From: Actinomycetota bacterium
Lineage (GTDB): Bacteria; Actinomycetota; Acidimicrobiia; Acidimicrobiales; Acidimicrobiaceae
NCBI GenBank assembly: GCA_027366165.1
Contig: DAHXKX010000100.1
Location: forward strand, 3,720 to 67,719
Reading direction: 5' to 3'
Length of the DNA stretch: 64,000 nt
The position numbers and the translations under genes are program-made. The notes beneath the pieces were generated by a model, which was given only the letters and a program-made list of their open reading frames with translations, did not search any database and was not told the origin of the DNA. Shown here piece by piece: positions 19,122 through 27,986 of this stretch. Numbering within the stretch: position 1 is the first letter of the stretch; every line of letters begins with the position of its first letter.

Positions 19122-20744
19122 TTAGAGAAAGTGGTCAGGCAGATCATTCTCGTACAGCACAACGTCCCCAGAGGTGAGGTTCTCCCGAACCCAACGAACG
19201 GCCTGGCCCCGATTCTTCATTAGAACCACATTGGGTTTGAAACCCTCCACCTCGGCACTATCGACTCCATGGAGCAACGCACGCCTATTTGTGAACCCGA
19301 CGATTACAACATCGGTGGCAACACGCGCGGCGGCCCGACCAAAAAACGAGTTCTCCTCAAACTGTCTCTTCCCTAGCTCAATCATGCCCGGTGTAACCAC
19401 GACGGCACGGGAAAGTGAGTTCTTACGGCGCTCAAGTGCGCTAAGCGCCAACCGCGATCCGGCGGGGTTGGAGTTATATGTGTCGTCGAGAACAGTTATT
19501 CCGGCTTCATTAGTAGATATGTTCAACCGATTCTTTGCAACCGGCAAAGTCGCCAACCGTTCTGCGATATTCGGCTCAGGCACACCAAGTTCGAGACAAA
19601 CGGCAACTGCAATAGCAATGTTTGTCCTGGAAACGTCAAGAAACGGCATGGAGCACATGCGCCTCTGGGCCGAGTAGACAATTAGGTTGCCCTCATCGTC
19701 ATCTTTGACTGCCACATCAGCATTTATGTCGTTTCCCGATACCATTCGAATCGTCTTGCCCTCACCGCTCAACTTACGTGCCAGATTTGCCAGGTGGTGG
19801 TTGTCAGCATTAAGTACTACTACCGATGCACTCCTGGCAATCTCAGACTTGGCCTCCAGTATGTCGTCCTCGGTGCCGAACCGCTCAAGGTGAACCGGGC
19901 CGATTGAGGTGATCACGGCGATGTCAGGAGGAATCCAGCTACACAGATCGGCGATCTCACCTTTCTTGAAGGTTCCCATCTCGGCAACCAGAATTTCCGT
20001 TCCGGGAGACAGACCCTCATTTATGGCACGTGCCAACCCGCCACGATTGTTGAACGAAGCTGGAGAGGCGTAAGTGGAAAAGGTACTGGAAGCGAGATGC
20101 GCTATATAAACCTTCGTCGATGTCTTCCCATAAGATCCGGTAATCGCGACGACTCGGGGAGAGATCCTCGAAAGCTTTCTTGCTGCTCTCGCAACAAATT
20201 TCGACAGGTTTCGATGTTCGACCGGAAACGTGACCACAAGCGCCAGATCCACCGTTGCTGGCAGCAGGATCATCGCTATGACCCCGAAAGCCATGCCCAG
20301 GCTAAACCATGCACCTACGGCAATGAAGATAGCGCTAACAAGCCAGGTCAAGACGGCAAGGGTTGTGAGCCTCCTGGTAAATTTCAACGGTGAAGTGGAA
20401 CCCCGGTAGCGCAACCCCCGCGGAACAGTCAGAGTGCAAACAAGCACCACAACAAAACTCACGCCCGCCGACATAAGCTCCGCAGGCCTTGCTACGCCAA
20501 CCAGACCGGCAAGCAACGCAACAGCACCCAGAGCAGGGTTGATGATCCGGTGTCGATCCAGAAACCATCGCAACGCGAACCTCAACGTGTAGCCAGGTAT
20601 ATAGTGCTCCCGCTGGGCAACACGGAGCCACCTGACGCTTGAAATAATCACAGCAGCCATTGCGACAATGGCCCCAAGATAGGAGTATGTGACATTCATC
20701 TTGCTTCCAAAGACAAGGTGGATGCCCAGAAGAGTTGTCGACAC
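19122..20744 (-). CDS. Mur ligase family protein (MurF-like central and C-terminal domains) with an N-terminal polytopic membrane domain
   Basis: The P-loop is VAITGSYGKTSTK and the C-terminal domain motif is DDTYNSNPAGS. The first ~190 aa form 4-5 hydrophobic helices instead of a MurF N-domain. An alternative start is ATG at 20699. Confidence 0.8.
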   Translation of the reverse strand: MSTTLLGIHLVFGSKMNVTYSYLGAIVAMAAVIISSVRWLRVAQREHYIPGYTLRFALRWFLDRHRIINPALGAVALLAGLVGVARPAELMSAGVSFVVVLVCTLTVPRGLRYRGSTSPLKFTRRLTTLAVLTWLVSAIFIAVGAWFSLGMAFGVIAMILLPATVDLALVVTFPVEHRNLSKFVARAARKLSRISPRVVAITGSYGKTSTKVYIAHLASSTFSTYASPASFNNRGGLARAINEGLSPGTEILVAEMGTFKKGEIADLCSWIPPDIAVITSIGPVHLERFGTEDDILEAKSEIARSASVVVLNADNHHLANLARKLSGEGKTIRMVSGNDINADVAVKDDDEGNLIVYSAQRRMCSMPFLDVSRTNIAIAVAVCLELGVPEPNIAERLATLPVAKNRLNISTNEAGITVLDDTYNSNPAGSRLALSALERRKNSLSRAVVVTPGMIELGKRQFEENSFFGRAAARVATDVVIVGFTNRRALLHGVDSAEVEGFKPNVVLMKNRGQAVRWVRENLTSGDVVLYENDLPDHFL

Positions 20745-21446
20745 CTAGCTCTTAGTCCTCTGAACCAAAGCCTCTGCTGACTCCAATAGCAGCTCCGGCG
20801 AAGTCAGGGCAACAAAGTGATCCCCCTGAACTTTCCGCAGTTCGATGTGCTCTGGACACGATTTAACCGCCCTTTCGGCCACCCTCAGGGGTGCGGCCTG
20901 ATCGTCAATTCCCCAGAAAAGACTCACTGGAATTCTCAAATTTGCCAACAACCCTCTGTAGTCTTCGTTTACCAGTTTAACGAGGACCTCCCTCATTACA
21001 CCAACTGCATTCCTGTAATCGCTGGACCCATACCTTGTTCGCAGACTGTCCATCCGAGAATTAGAAATCAATCCGAATCTCGACATAAACCTAGCGATCC
21101 TGAAGCCGATCTTCGGCTTGCGCACAACATCAGGATCACGTAGCAAAGGGACGCCACTTATTAGCAATCCCACCAACTGAAACTCCGTCAGAGCTTGACC
21201 GGTAAGCCCCAAGGCGACCCTGCCTCCAAAAGAATGGCCAATAACGATAACCCGCACCTTGTCCGGATCCGGCATATCAGACACCACCTGCGAAATCGCC
21301 TGAGCGACAAAGCCGGCGTATCCGACCGATCCTGCCGAGTCTGTCAAAGCCGGAGAGGTGCCAAATCCCGGCATGTCAAACCTGGCTATCCATGGCGCGT
21401 CTTCACCGCTGGCAACCAACGCACAAAAGGGCGAGAAGTCGGCCAT
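20745..21446 (-). CDS. Alpha/beta hydrolase (true start probably upstream, CTG at 21545)
   Basis: The nucleophile elbow is GHSFGGRVA. The in-frame upstream sequence encodes ...GELWVLLHGWGRS (oxyanion HG motif) but contains no ATG/GTG/TTG before the TAG at 21558-21560. Confidence 0.78.
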   Translation of the reverse strand: MADFSPFCALVASGEDAPWIARFDMPGFGTSPALTDSAGSVGYAGFVAQAISQVVSDMPDPDKVRVIVIGHSFGGRVALGLTGQALTEFQLVGLLISGVPLLRDPDVVRKPKIGFRIARFMSRFGLISNSRMDSLRTRYGSSDYRNAVGVMREVLVKLVNEDYRGLLANLRIPVSLFWGIDDQAAPLRVAERAVKSCPEHIELRKVQGDHFVALTSPELLLESAEALVQRTKS

Positions 21447-21704
21447 TGACCTTCCCCAACCATGTAACAGGACCCACAGCTCACCATCGCGCGTTCCAGG
21501 CTGGACTTCCCCAAATATAAGACCGCCAACAAAGGACTTAAGCAGAGTTCTTCCCTTCTAGCGCCGCAATGAAAATTGCAGACAATTAGAGGTTAACAAT
21601 CCAAAGGCCAAACTCAACCCAAGATTGATTCGGAGAATTTCAAAGAAATCAGCTCCGTTGATCCAACAGTTCAGGCGCTAACCGCCATTTCCTGGCTTGG
21701 GCGT

Positions 21705-23144
21705 CTACACCATGGAAAATGAGTTAAAGGAGCCCTGTAGAAACGGCTTGGGGTCGACACCGAGAACCTTGTCGAACAAAGTGGCATAGACCGTACGAAA
21801 ATCCGTAGTGAAAACGAGGTTTCCCTCCTGGAGACGGGCCAGGTCAGATGGTTCTCCGTAAAATCCACCTTTCACCGTGGGTCCGGTGATCAACACATTA
21901 TTTGCCCAGCCATGGTCGGTTCCTGCGCTTGAATTGGCGGAAACACGACGGCCAAATTCAGTGTAAATCATCACAACCGCGTCGTTTCCCTGCGGCGTAT
22001 TGGCCATAGCTTCCACAAACGCGGTCACTGCTGCGTCCAATTCTCCCAGAAGCCTTTCTTGGGTTGTGAGCTGGTTTACATGGGTGTCAAAACCTCCAAG
22101 CTCTACGCTGTAAACCTGCGGCACAGCACCCGCAAGAATCAGATTCGCCACAATACTAAGTTGGGTCGCCAGCACGTTTGGCGTGGACTGTCCGCCACCA
22201 CCATTGGCAATCGCCAGTGCGGCCCCACCGTTGGCGGCAAGACTGTTCGGGTTGGCGTCTTTGAGATGCAGAGGGTCGCTCGTTGCGGTCCTGGACAGCG
22301 TCGGACCCATTTGATGACTCAACTGGATCAGGTTGCTGCTCGCAGCAGCCGCCTCCGACAACAGCTGAGGCTCACCAGAGTTGATTTGCGAAAGTGTTGC
22401 AAATAGCAGTTGCTCCGTAGAGTCACCTGGAAGCACAAGCTTCCCTGGGGGAATCGCCGCACCCTGAACCCTAACTCCGGTGAGAAGGGTGGGCATTGTC
22501 GGGCCTATGCTTACGGCTTTCAGCGGAGAGGAGTTAGTGGCGTCAAGCCAACGCCCCAGCCACCCGGAACTCACCGGTTCGCCTGGAACACCGCTTTGCC
22601 AGATGTCCATCGACTCAAAATGGCTGTAATTTGGATTCGCGAAACCAACCCCCTGTATAACTGCGAGCTGTTTCGCATCCCAAAGCTTCTTGAATCCCGG
22701 CATGCTAGGATGAAGACCATACCCATCGCCGAGAGGCAGCACCTTCGAAGGGTCAATCGCCAGTGTTCCACGGTTCGATTCGTAGATGGAAGTCTGATAG
22801 GGAATAACGGTATTCAGTCCGTCATTGCCACCGTAAAGGGTCACCAAAATCAGCGGCTTCTTTGCAGAGGATGACGCCTGGGATACCGCTGGCTTTGGGG
22901 ACAACGCCAACTTTAAAGGTGCTGGTGCTTTGGAGGGAGAGGAGAAGAAACCCTCCCACAGCCGTGGTCCAAGTGTGGCGCTCAGGACTCCCGCAGTGCC
23001 AAGACCCCCGGCAAGTGCCAGGAACTTCCTACGGTCGACTCCCCATCCGACCCGCGCCTCGTTTGGATGGTCAACATCTTCTTCGATTGGCTCGCCGAGG
23101 ACCTCATCCGTTGGCCAGGTTTCACTGCTTTCAAAGTCAGTCAT
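21705..23144 (-). CDS. DUF1501 domain protein (sulfatase-like fold, Tat signal)
   Basis: The twin-arginine leader is VDRRKFLALAGGLGTAG. The C-terminal block EFGRRVSANSSAGTDHGWANN is typical of DUF1501. Confidence 0.8.
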   Translation of the reverse strand: MTDFESSETWPTDEVLGEPIEEDVDHPNEARVGWGVDRRKFLALAGGLGTAGVLSATLGPRLWEGFFSSPSKAPAPLKLALSPKPAVSQASSSAKKPLILVTLYGGNDGLNTVIPYQTSIYESNRGTLAIDPSKVLPLGDGYGLHPSMPGFKKLWDAKQLAVIQGVGFANPNYSHFESMDIWQSGVPGEPVSSGWLGRWLDATNSSPLKAVSIGPTMPTLLTGVRVQGAAIPPGKLVLPGDSTEQLLFATLSQINSGEPQLLSEAAAASSNLIQLSHQMGPTLSRTATSDPLHLKDANPNSLAANGGAALAIANGGGGQSTPNVLATQLSIVANLILAGAVPQVYSVELGGFDTHVNQLTTQERLLGELDAAVTAFVEAMANTPQGNDAVVMIYTEFGRRVSANSSAGTDHGWANNVLITGPTVKGGFYGEPSDLARLQEGNLVFTTDFRTVYATLFDKVLGVDPKPFLQGSFNSFSMV

Positions 23145-23153
23145 CAGAACACC

Positions 23154-24473
23154 TCAATTGCTCACGTATTCGGGGGAAACCAACGCCAGCGTCACAAGCG
23201 TGTGCGGGTTGACCGAGGCCTTCTTTAGCGCCGCGGCAGTCGATGGCGACCAGCTGGTTACCGAGAGAAGCTCTCCTGCAGCCTCGACCCTTGAAGCGGG
23301 TGGCGAATCGGCGACAAGTGAAACATCACCGATAAGGGCCAGCTGGTGCGCGAATCTCCATCGTGCCAGCGCCGCTGACGTGGAGAGCCAATACTCGTTT
23401 TGTGGCCAGCCACCAACACTTGGCGGGTCGAACAAGACCTGACCCAAGCTGGCAAGTGCGTTCATGATCGGTGGCCTGATCGCAGGAATTCGGGCTGCTG
23501 GAATTTTCAGGGCCCGAAGCGCGCCCACCACATATTCAACCGGCTGTTTGATCAGGCCAGTGGCAGTGGTAGCGGAAAGGAAGTTCGGATGTTCAAACAC
23601 CGTCCTGAGAAGATTGGTCAAATTTCGGTCATTGGAGTAGGTTGACGCCAACTCAACAACGAGTGGATCAGATGGCTTGACTGGATATGCGAATCGGCTC
23701 CAGACAGAGCAGACAACGAATTGCGCACATGCACTCGTCCTTGTGACAATATTTATGACTTCCTGGCCGGTGGTAATACCCTGATGACCAAGGAAAGTCT
23801 GCGGAGTGTTTGAGTGAAGCTTTGGAGCAATTGCGAACTGTCCAGTGGCGTTGTTGAGGTGCCACCCAGTAAAGGCAAACGCGGCAGCCCGGACGTCAAA
23901 TTCCGTATAGGTGCCAATGCCCATGGTGAAACGTTCCATGAGTTCACGTGCGAAGTTTTCGTTGGGATCCGGCATCCGGTCTGTTCCTGCATCGAGCCAG
24001 ATGAGCATGGCCGGGTCAGTTGAAACCGCAGTAGTCAGATTCGCAAAATCCCCACTTCCAAGGGTGCGGAAAATCTGATTCTGCCTGTACATATAGGCAG
24101 GAAACCTCACCTTGGAAATCGCAGTTGGAAAGTGGCAGTGCAGAAAAAATGTCAGCTTTTCTTTTAGCGGGTTGTTACTGGCCACCATGCGCCCAAGCCA
24201 CCAGTCAGTCAATGCAATCCGCTCCTGGCTCAATGTCTGGTTCAACTGTGCTATTGCAGCCGGGGTGTTCAACGACTTCGGCTCGTAAAAAGGAGGCTGC
24301 AGCATCGTCGGGACTTCAATCGCATCGGCGGCAGGGTCTGCCTGCTGTAATCCGCCAAGAAGTTCAGCCAATGTGGCACTGAAACCCAGTGCCGATGCCT
24401 GGGAAAGCTCCGATGAAGATGCTCCAAATCCAGCTCTCCGGTACAGCAAAGCCAACGCAGATCTCGTATCCAT
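23154..24473 (-). CDS. DUF1800 domain protein
   Basis: 439 aa with the LTFFLHCHFPT motif. It is paired with DUF1501 directly downstream, which is the usual arrangement. Confidence 0.75.
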   Translation of the reverse strand: MDTRSALALLYRRAGFGASSSELSQASALGFSATLAELLGGLQQADPAADAIEVPTMLQPPFYEPKSLNTPAAIAQLNQTLSQERIALTDWWLGRMVASNNPLKEKLTFFLHCHFPTAISKVRFPAYMYRQNQIFRTLGSGDFANLTTAVSTDPAMLIWLDAGTDRMPDPNENFARELMERFTMGIGTYTEFDVRAAAFAFTGWHLNNATGQFAIAPKLHSNTPQTFLGHQGITTGQEVINIVTRTSACAQFVVCSVWSRFAYPVKPSDPLVVELASTYSNDRNLTNLLRTVFEHPNFLSATTATGLIKQPVEYVVGALRALKIPAARIPAIRPPIMNALASLGQVLFDPPSVGGWPQNEYWLSTSAALARWRFAHQLALIGDVSLVADSPPASRVEAAGELLSVTSWSPSTAAALKKASVNPHTLVTLALVSPEYVSN

Positions 24474-24772
24474 GCGAATTTGGTATCCTTGCTCTCACAA
24501 TGGAGCAGTGGCACGCCCCATTTGAAATGATAGATCCCATGAATTTCGACTTTCCCTAAGATCAGCTTAGGATTTCTTGAGAAAACTCAGCCTGACACAG
24601 TCCCAAAGACGCGTTCCGGTGAAAATCCAGCCTGGCTAAAACCTGGACACACTTTGCCTGCCACCAGGAAGTTAGTCAAGGATGTCCATAGGACTGGGCT
24701 TAGCGAAACTGCCACCCATCACAGAATGTTCTCAGCTCGAAAGTCGGAAGGACTTCAAAATTACAAAAACGG

Positions 24773-24967
24773 TTAAAGACTTGGGCTTGAATGTTTGCCT
24801 GGACCAAATTCCTCTTCGTCCTCGACATCCTCAACTCCGGCTAAACACCAGGACGCGTGACCACGCTTGGAATCACCGCCGCATTCAACACACTTTTCAA
24901 CTGGAAAGTTAAATGCTCGCTTGGCTTGTCTTGCTTCTTCATATCGCCTATGACGTCCCTTTTTCAC
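24773..24967 (-). CDS. Small basic/acidic protein with a CxxC...HxxxC zinc-ribbon-like motif
   Basis: 64 aa with a GTG start and AGGAG 9 nt upstream. The sequence is (M)KKGRHRRYEEARQAKRAFNFPVEKCVECGGDSKRGHASWCLAGVEDVEDEEEF... I recognised no family. Confidence 0.5.
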   Translation of the reverse strand: MKKGRHRRYEEARQAKRAFNFPVEKCVECGGDSKRGHASWCLAGVEDVEDEEEFGPGKHSSPSL

Positions 24968-25474
24968 GAGCTACTCCTAGGTGGTCAACCCTCAAGGACC
25001 CACCCAAACATTTAGAGTCACCGATCATATTGTTCGACACCAGATGCCAAAAACGGTGAGTCGGTGGACTTGACTATTCGTTGCAACACATGCATTCTAG
25101 TGTAATAGTTGGCCACTTTGCCCTGCACTGACGACGTAATCCCCTTACGACATGCAAATTTAGTACCAATTCACCGAAATGGGTAACCGGATTGAAAGCT
25201 TCCTCTCTCACGGTAAACGCAATTCAATCCAGCGATCCTCCCCCTTCGCGGCCAGAGAAGACGTAGGACATTTATCCCGTGTGCTCAACCTGAAATGAAA
25301 AATCGATGTGAAAAGCCCCCTTGCTCTTTGGCTTGAATCAATCTGCTCCCCTGACCTTGCTCAAAAAGACGGGGACGGATATCGGTACCGGCAAATCCGC
25401 TAATTGGTTCAGAAATGTAAAGCCTTAGCACCCTCCCTGCAAATCAGCCCAGGGGATTTTCGAAAACCAGCGGC

Positions 25475-25547
25475 TCATGCCACTTCTTCTTCGAGGGGTT
25501 GAGCGCACGGGGCCGATGTGCACATGTGGGTGCGGCGTCGCTCTGCG
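25475..25547 (-). repeat. Conserved tnpB 3'-end block, copy B
   Basis: This is the partner of 13384-13456 (56/73 identical, ungapped). The encoded tail DAERRRTHMCTSAPCAQPLEEEVA* aligns with GAERHRTQVCTADQWGQLLKEEVA* of copy A. Confidence 0.6.
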
Positions 25548-25949
25548 TCTTGCGACCTCCCATAGCAAACCCAATCCCACAGCGACAATTTTGAAGTCAG
25601 CGTGGATGTCCACGTTGGCGCTATAGCCACAGGTGGAGCAGGCAAATACCGCCTGACTTTTGCGGTCATGGGCGATTGTGCCTCCACAGCGTGAGCATGT
25701 CCGTGATGTTGGCTCTAAGTATGTTCCTATGACAACTAAGAGAGTTGACAATGGTTGCATGGTCCTGTAAGTCGTTTGTAACGAGTGACCACGATTGCGG
25801 TCCTGGTTGTCCAAAGTGCCATTTGCGCTTGGGAGCATGTTTTGAACCTTCAAGTATTTAATGGCAATCAGGTCGCAGTCGCGTGCCAGCGTCAACGCGC
25901 ATGTCGGCACAGCACAGGACATTTTCGACGCATGCAATGCGACTACCAA
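25475..25949 (-). pseudogene. tnpB: IS200/IS605-family TnpB fragment (C-terminal half, 5'-truncated, frameshifted)
   Basis: The Zn-ribbon and RuvC-III region is TSRTCSRCGGTIAHDRKSQAVFACSTCGYSANVDIHADFKIV. The RuvC-II motif reads LIAIKYLKVQNM, with Lys where the catalytic Glu of 'IxxEDLxVxxM' is expected. The conserved tail is in another frame (25475-25687). No RuvC-I or N-terminal half is present. Confidence 0.72.
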
Positions 25950-26115
25950 AGCGCCTCGGGGCCTGATCAGAATGCCCCTTTAAAACCTCAACCCCAAAGT
26001 AGCCCTGGCACAGGTTGTCGACTTAACCAGAAACTTCCATTCGTAATTAATGGGGGAAAATCAATACCGCACCCAGACAAAGCTTCCAAATCCAGATCCT
26101 CTAAACTCTATATCC

Positions 26116-26340
26116 ATGACCAATGAATTCGATCCAGCAGCCATGATTTCGCGGTTTCAAGAGAGAGCTAAGGCGGTGCAGAATCGCGGAATTCCTCCGG
26201 TCGAAGGACCTGAAAGAAGGGCCTTCGTGGAAAGAGCCAAAGTTGACTATATGGACTACGCAATGCTGGGTGATGCAAGCGCTGAGCTTAAAGACGGTGT
26301 TCTCACCTTGACAATTGACCTACGGGGAGACAAGAGCTAA
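26116..26340 (+). CDS. Small hypothetical protein
   Basis: The sequence is MTNEFDPAAMISRFQERAKAVQNRGIPPVEGPERRAFVERAKVDYMDYAMLGDASAELKDGVLTLTIDLRGDKS. The track ORF starts at 26050, so the start is uncertain. I recognised no family. Confidence 0.5.
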   Translation: MTNEFDPAAMISRFQERAKAVQNRGIPPVEGPERRAFVERAKVDYMDYAMLGDASAELKDGVLTLTIDLRGDKS

Positions 26341-26454
26341 GAGGCTGGTTACCTTCAGTCCCCAACGCGTTGACACACACTCTGGCCAGGAGACATACTG
26401 CTCTTACTACACCAGAAAACGCCAAACGGAAACCGGCGGCAATTTAGCAGCCTC

Positions 26455-27648
26455 TTAAACGTCCCGGCCATAGCGCAGATAAGACCTCTGCTCAAGTTCC
26501 AGCTCTCCAGTGGCAGTTACAGCCAACGCCAGTTCACCTCTTGCGAGTTTGGTGATAGGTTCGCCGAGAACTTCATTCCGCCAACCGCTGGCGAGTCTGG
26601 AGTCCTGGTCGCCATTGAGGAATCCTGTTATATCGGCTCTAGTAGCTAGAAGCAGTGGATCGATCTTCAGGGACTGGGCCAGCTGTGTAACCCAGGTGAC
26701 CGCCAGGCCGACAATCGGCTTTAGCCTCTTTTCCGACGTTTCAAGAGCGGGTGTGCAAAGGTCACGCTCCGCCATCGACCTGCCTTGACCCACAACCTCA
26801 ATTATTTCCCGATCCACCCCTTGAGCCAGAAAGCGGTGCTCCACCCCTCTGAGCGTCGGCAGGTCTTCCGCAACCTTAGGCAACTCCTGGGATATGACCG
26901 CGATGGCCAGATCCGAAAGGATGTAACGCACCGGAACATCGAGGTCAGCAGCCCTTAGTTCACGCCATGCGGCCAACGACTGCGCCACCTTTCGTGAGTC
27001 ACCCTTGAGATGCCGACACTCCTTGATCTTCCACCAAGCCCTTTCAACTGGGATTACTGTGCGGTCCTTCTCGAGCAGCAGTTTCGACTCATCCCAAGCC
27101 CACTCAAGACGTCCAATCGCACCCAGTTGTCTTTCGATTTCCCTTTTGAGGACGACAAGATGTGCGACATCGGACGCTGCATAGCGAAGCTGGCTCTCCA
27201 TGAGCGGCCTTTTCGTCCAATCAGTGAGGCGATCTCCTTTTGGAAGATTCACCCCCAACAGCTTTTCGCTCAGCAGCGCCAAGGAAGGATTGGAAAAACC
27301 CACAAATCCTGCTGCCAACTGGGTATCAAATATCGACCTCGGCAAAATGCCCACCACCCTCGATAGGATCTCCAGATCCTGGGTTCCAGCGTGAAGCACC
27401 AGCGTCATAGGACCGGAGAATACCGTGCTCAAAGCGGTGAGATCGAGTGCGAAGGGATCCAGAAGTGCAATCTTCTTGTTCCAAGCGATCTGAACCAGGG
27501 CGAGCTTTGGATAGTAAGTCCTCTCGCGATGGAATTCCGTATCCAAGGCGATTTCACCCGCACCACACAACTCAGGGAGCAGTTCATTCAACTGGATTTG
27601 GCTGTCAACCCAAATCCATTCCCGGCTGGATTCTCTTGTTTTCAGCAC
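26455..27648 (-). CDS. rnd: Ribonuclease D (DEDD 3'-5' exonuclease plus HRDC)
   Basis: Carries EIALDTEFHRERTYYPKLALVQIAW (Exo I) and YAASDVAHL (Exo III). GTG at 27648 gives the normal N-terminus. The track ORF starts at 27705. Confidence 0.85.
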   Translation of the reverse strand: MLKTRESSREWIWVDSQIQLNELLPELCGAGEIALDTEFHRERTYYPKLALVQIAWNKKIALLDPFALDLTALSTVFSGPMTLVLHAGTQDLEILSRVVGILPRSIFDTQLAAGFVGFSNPSLALLSEKLLGVNLPKGDRLTDWTKRPLMESQLRYAASDVAHLVVLKREIERQLGAIGRLEWAWDESKLLLEKDRTVIPVERAWWKIKECRHLKGDSRKVAQSLAAWRELRAADLDVPVRYILSDLAIAVISQELPKVAEDLPTLRGVEHRFLAQGVDREIIEVVGQGRSMAERDLCTPALETSEKRLKPIVGLAVTWVTQLAQSLKIDPLLLATRADITGFLNGDQDSRLASGWRNEVLGEPITKLARGELALAVTATGELELEQRSYLRYGRDV

Positions 27649-27986
27649 TCTAGTCCAGCCATCCGAACCTCGTCTCGACTCTCGCAAACAAAAATATACA
27701 ACCAAGCTCGATCTCCGCCAGCAAATCTGAATATCGTTGAAGATCGCTGCGGACTAGTACGTGCCGCTCCCCTCAGAGACCGAGACATCATATTCAGTTC
27801 GCACCCATCCGCCAACGGAGGCGTATTTGCCCACGCCAAACCCACCAATCCATTAGGCAGACTTCCCGTTGCAGAAGTGATGCACTCAATCACGCAATTT
27901 CCACCGTTGCCTGCCAAAGGTGCCGCTTCATGGTCACGCAAAGCTGATGTGACGCCCCTATGTTTTGGAAGGGAACGGATGCTCAT
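27642..27986 (-). CDS. Possible 114-aa ORF upstream of rnd (unverified)
   Basis: Its TGA overlaps the proposed rnd GTG (GTGCTGA). Codon choice looks similar to the neighbouring genes. It has no family resemblance, a weak RBS, and an equally long antisense ORF. Confidence 0.25.
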   Translation of the reverse strand: MSIRSLPKHRGVTSALRDHEAAPLAGNGGNCVIECITSATGSLPNGLVGLAWANTPPLADGCELNMMSRSLRGAARTSPQRSSTIFRFAGGDRAWLYIFVCESRDEVRMAGLEC

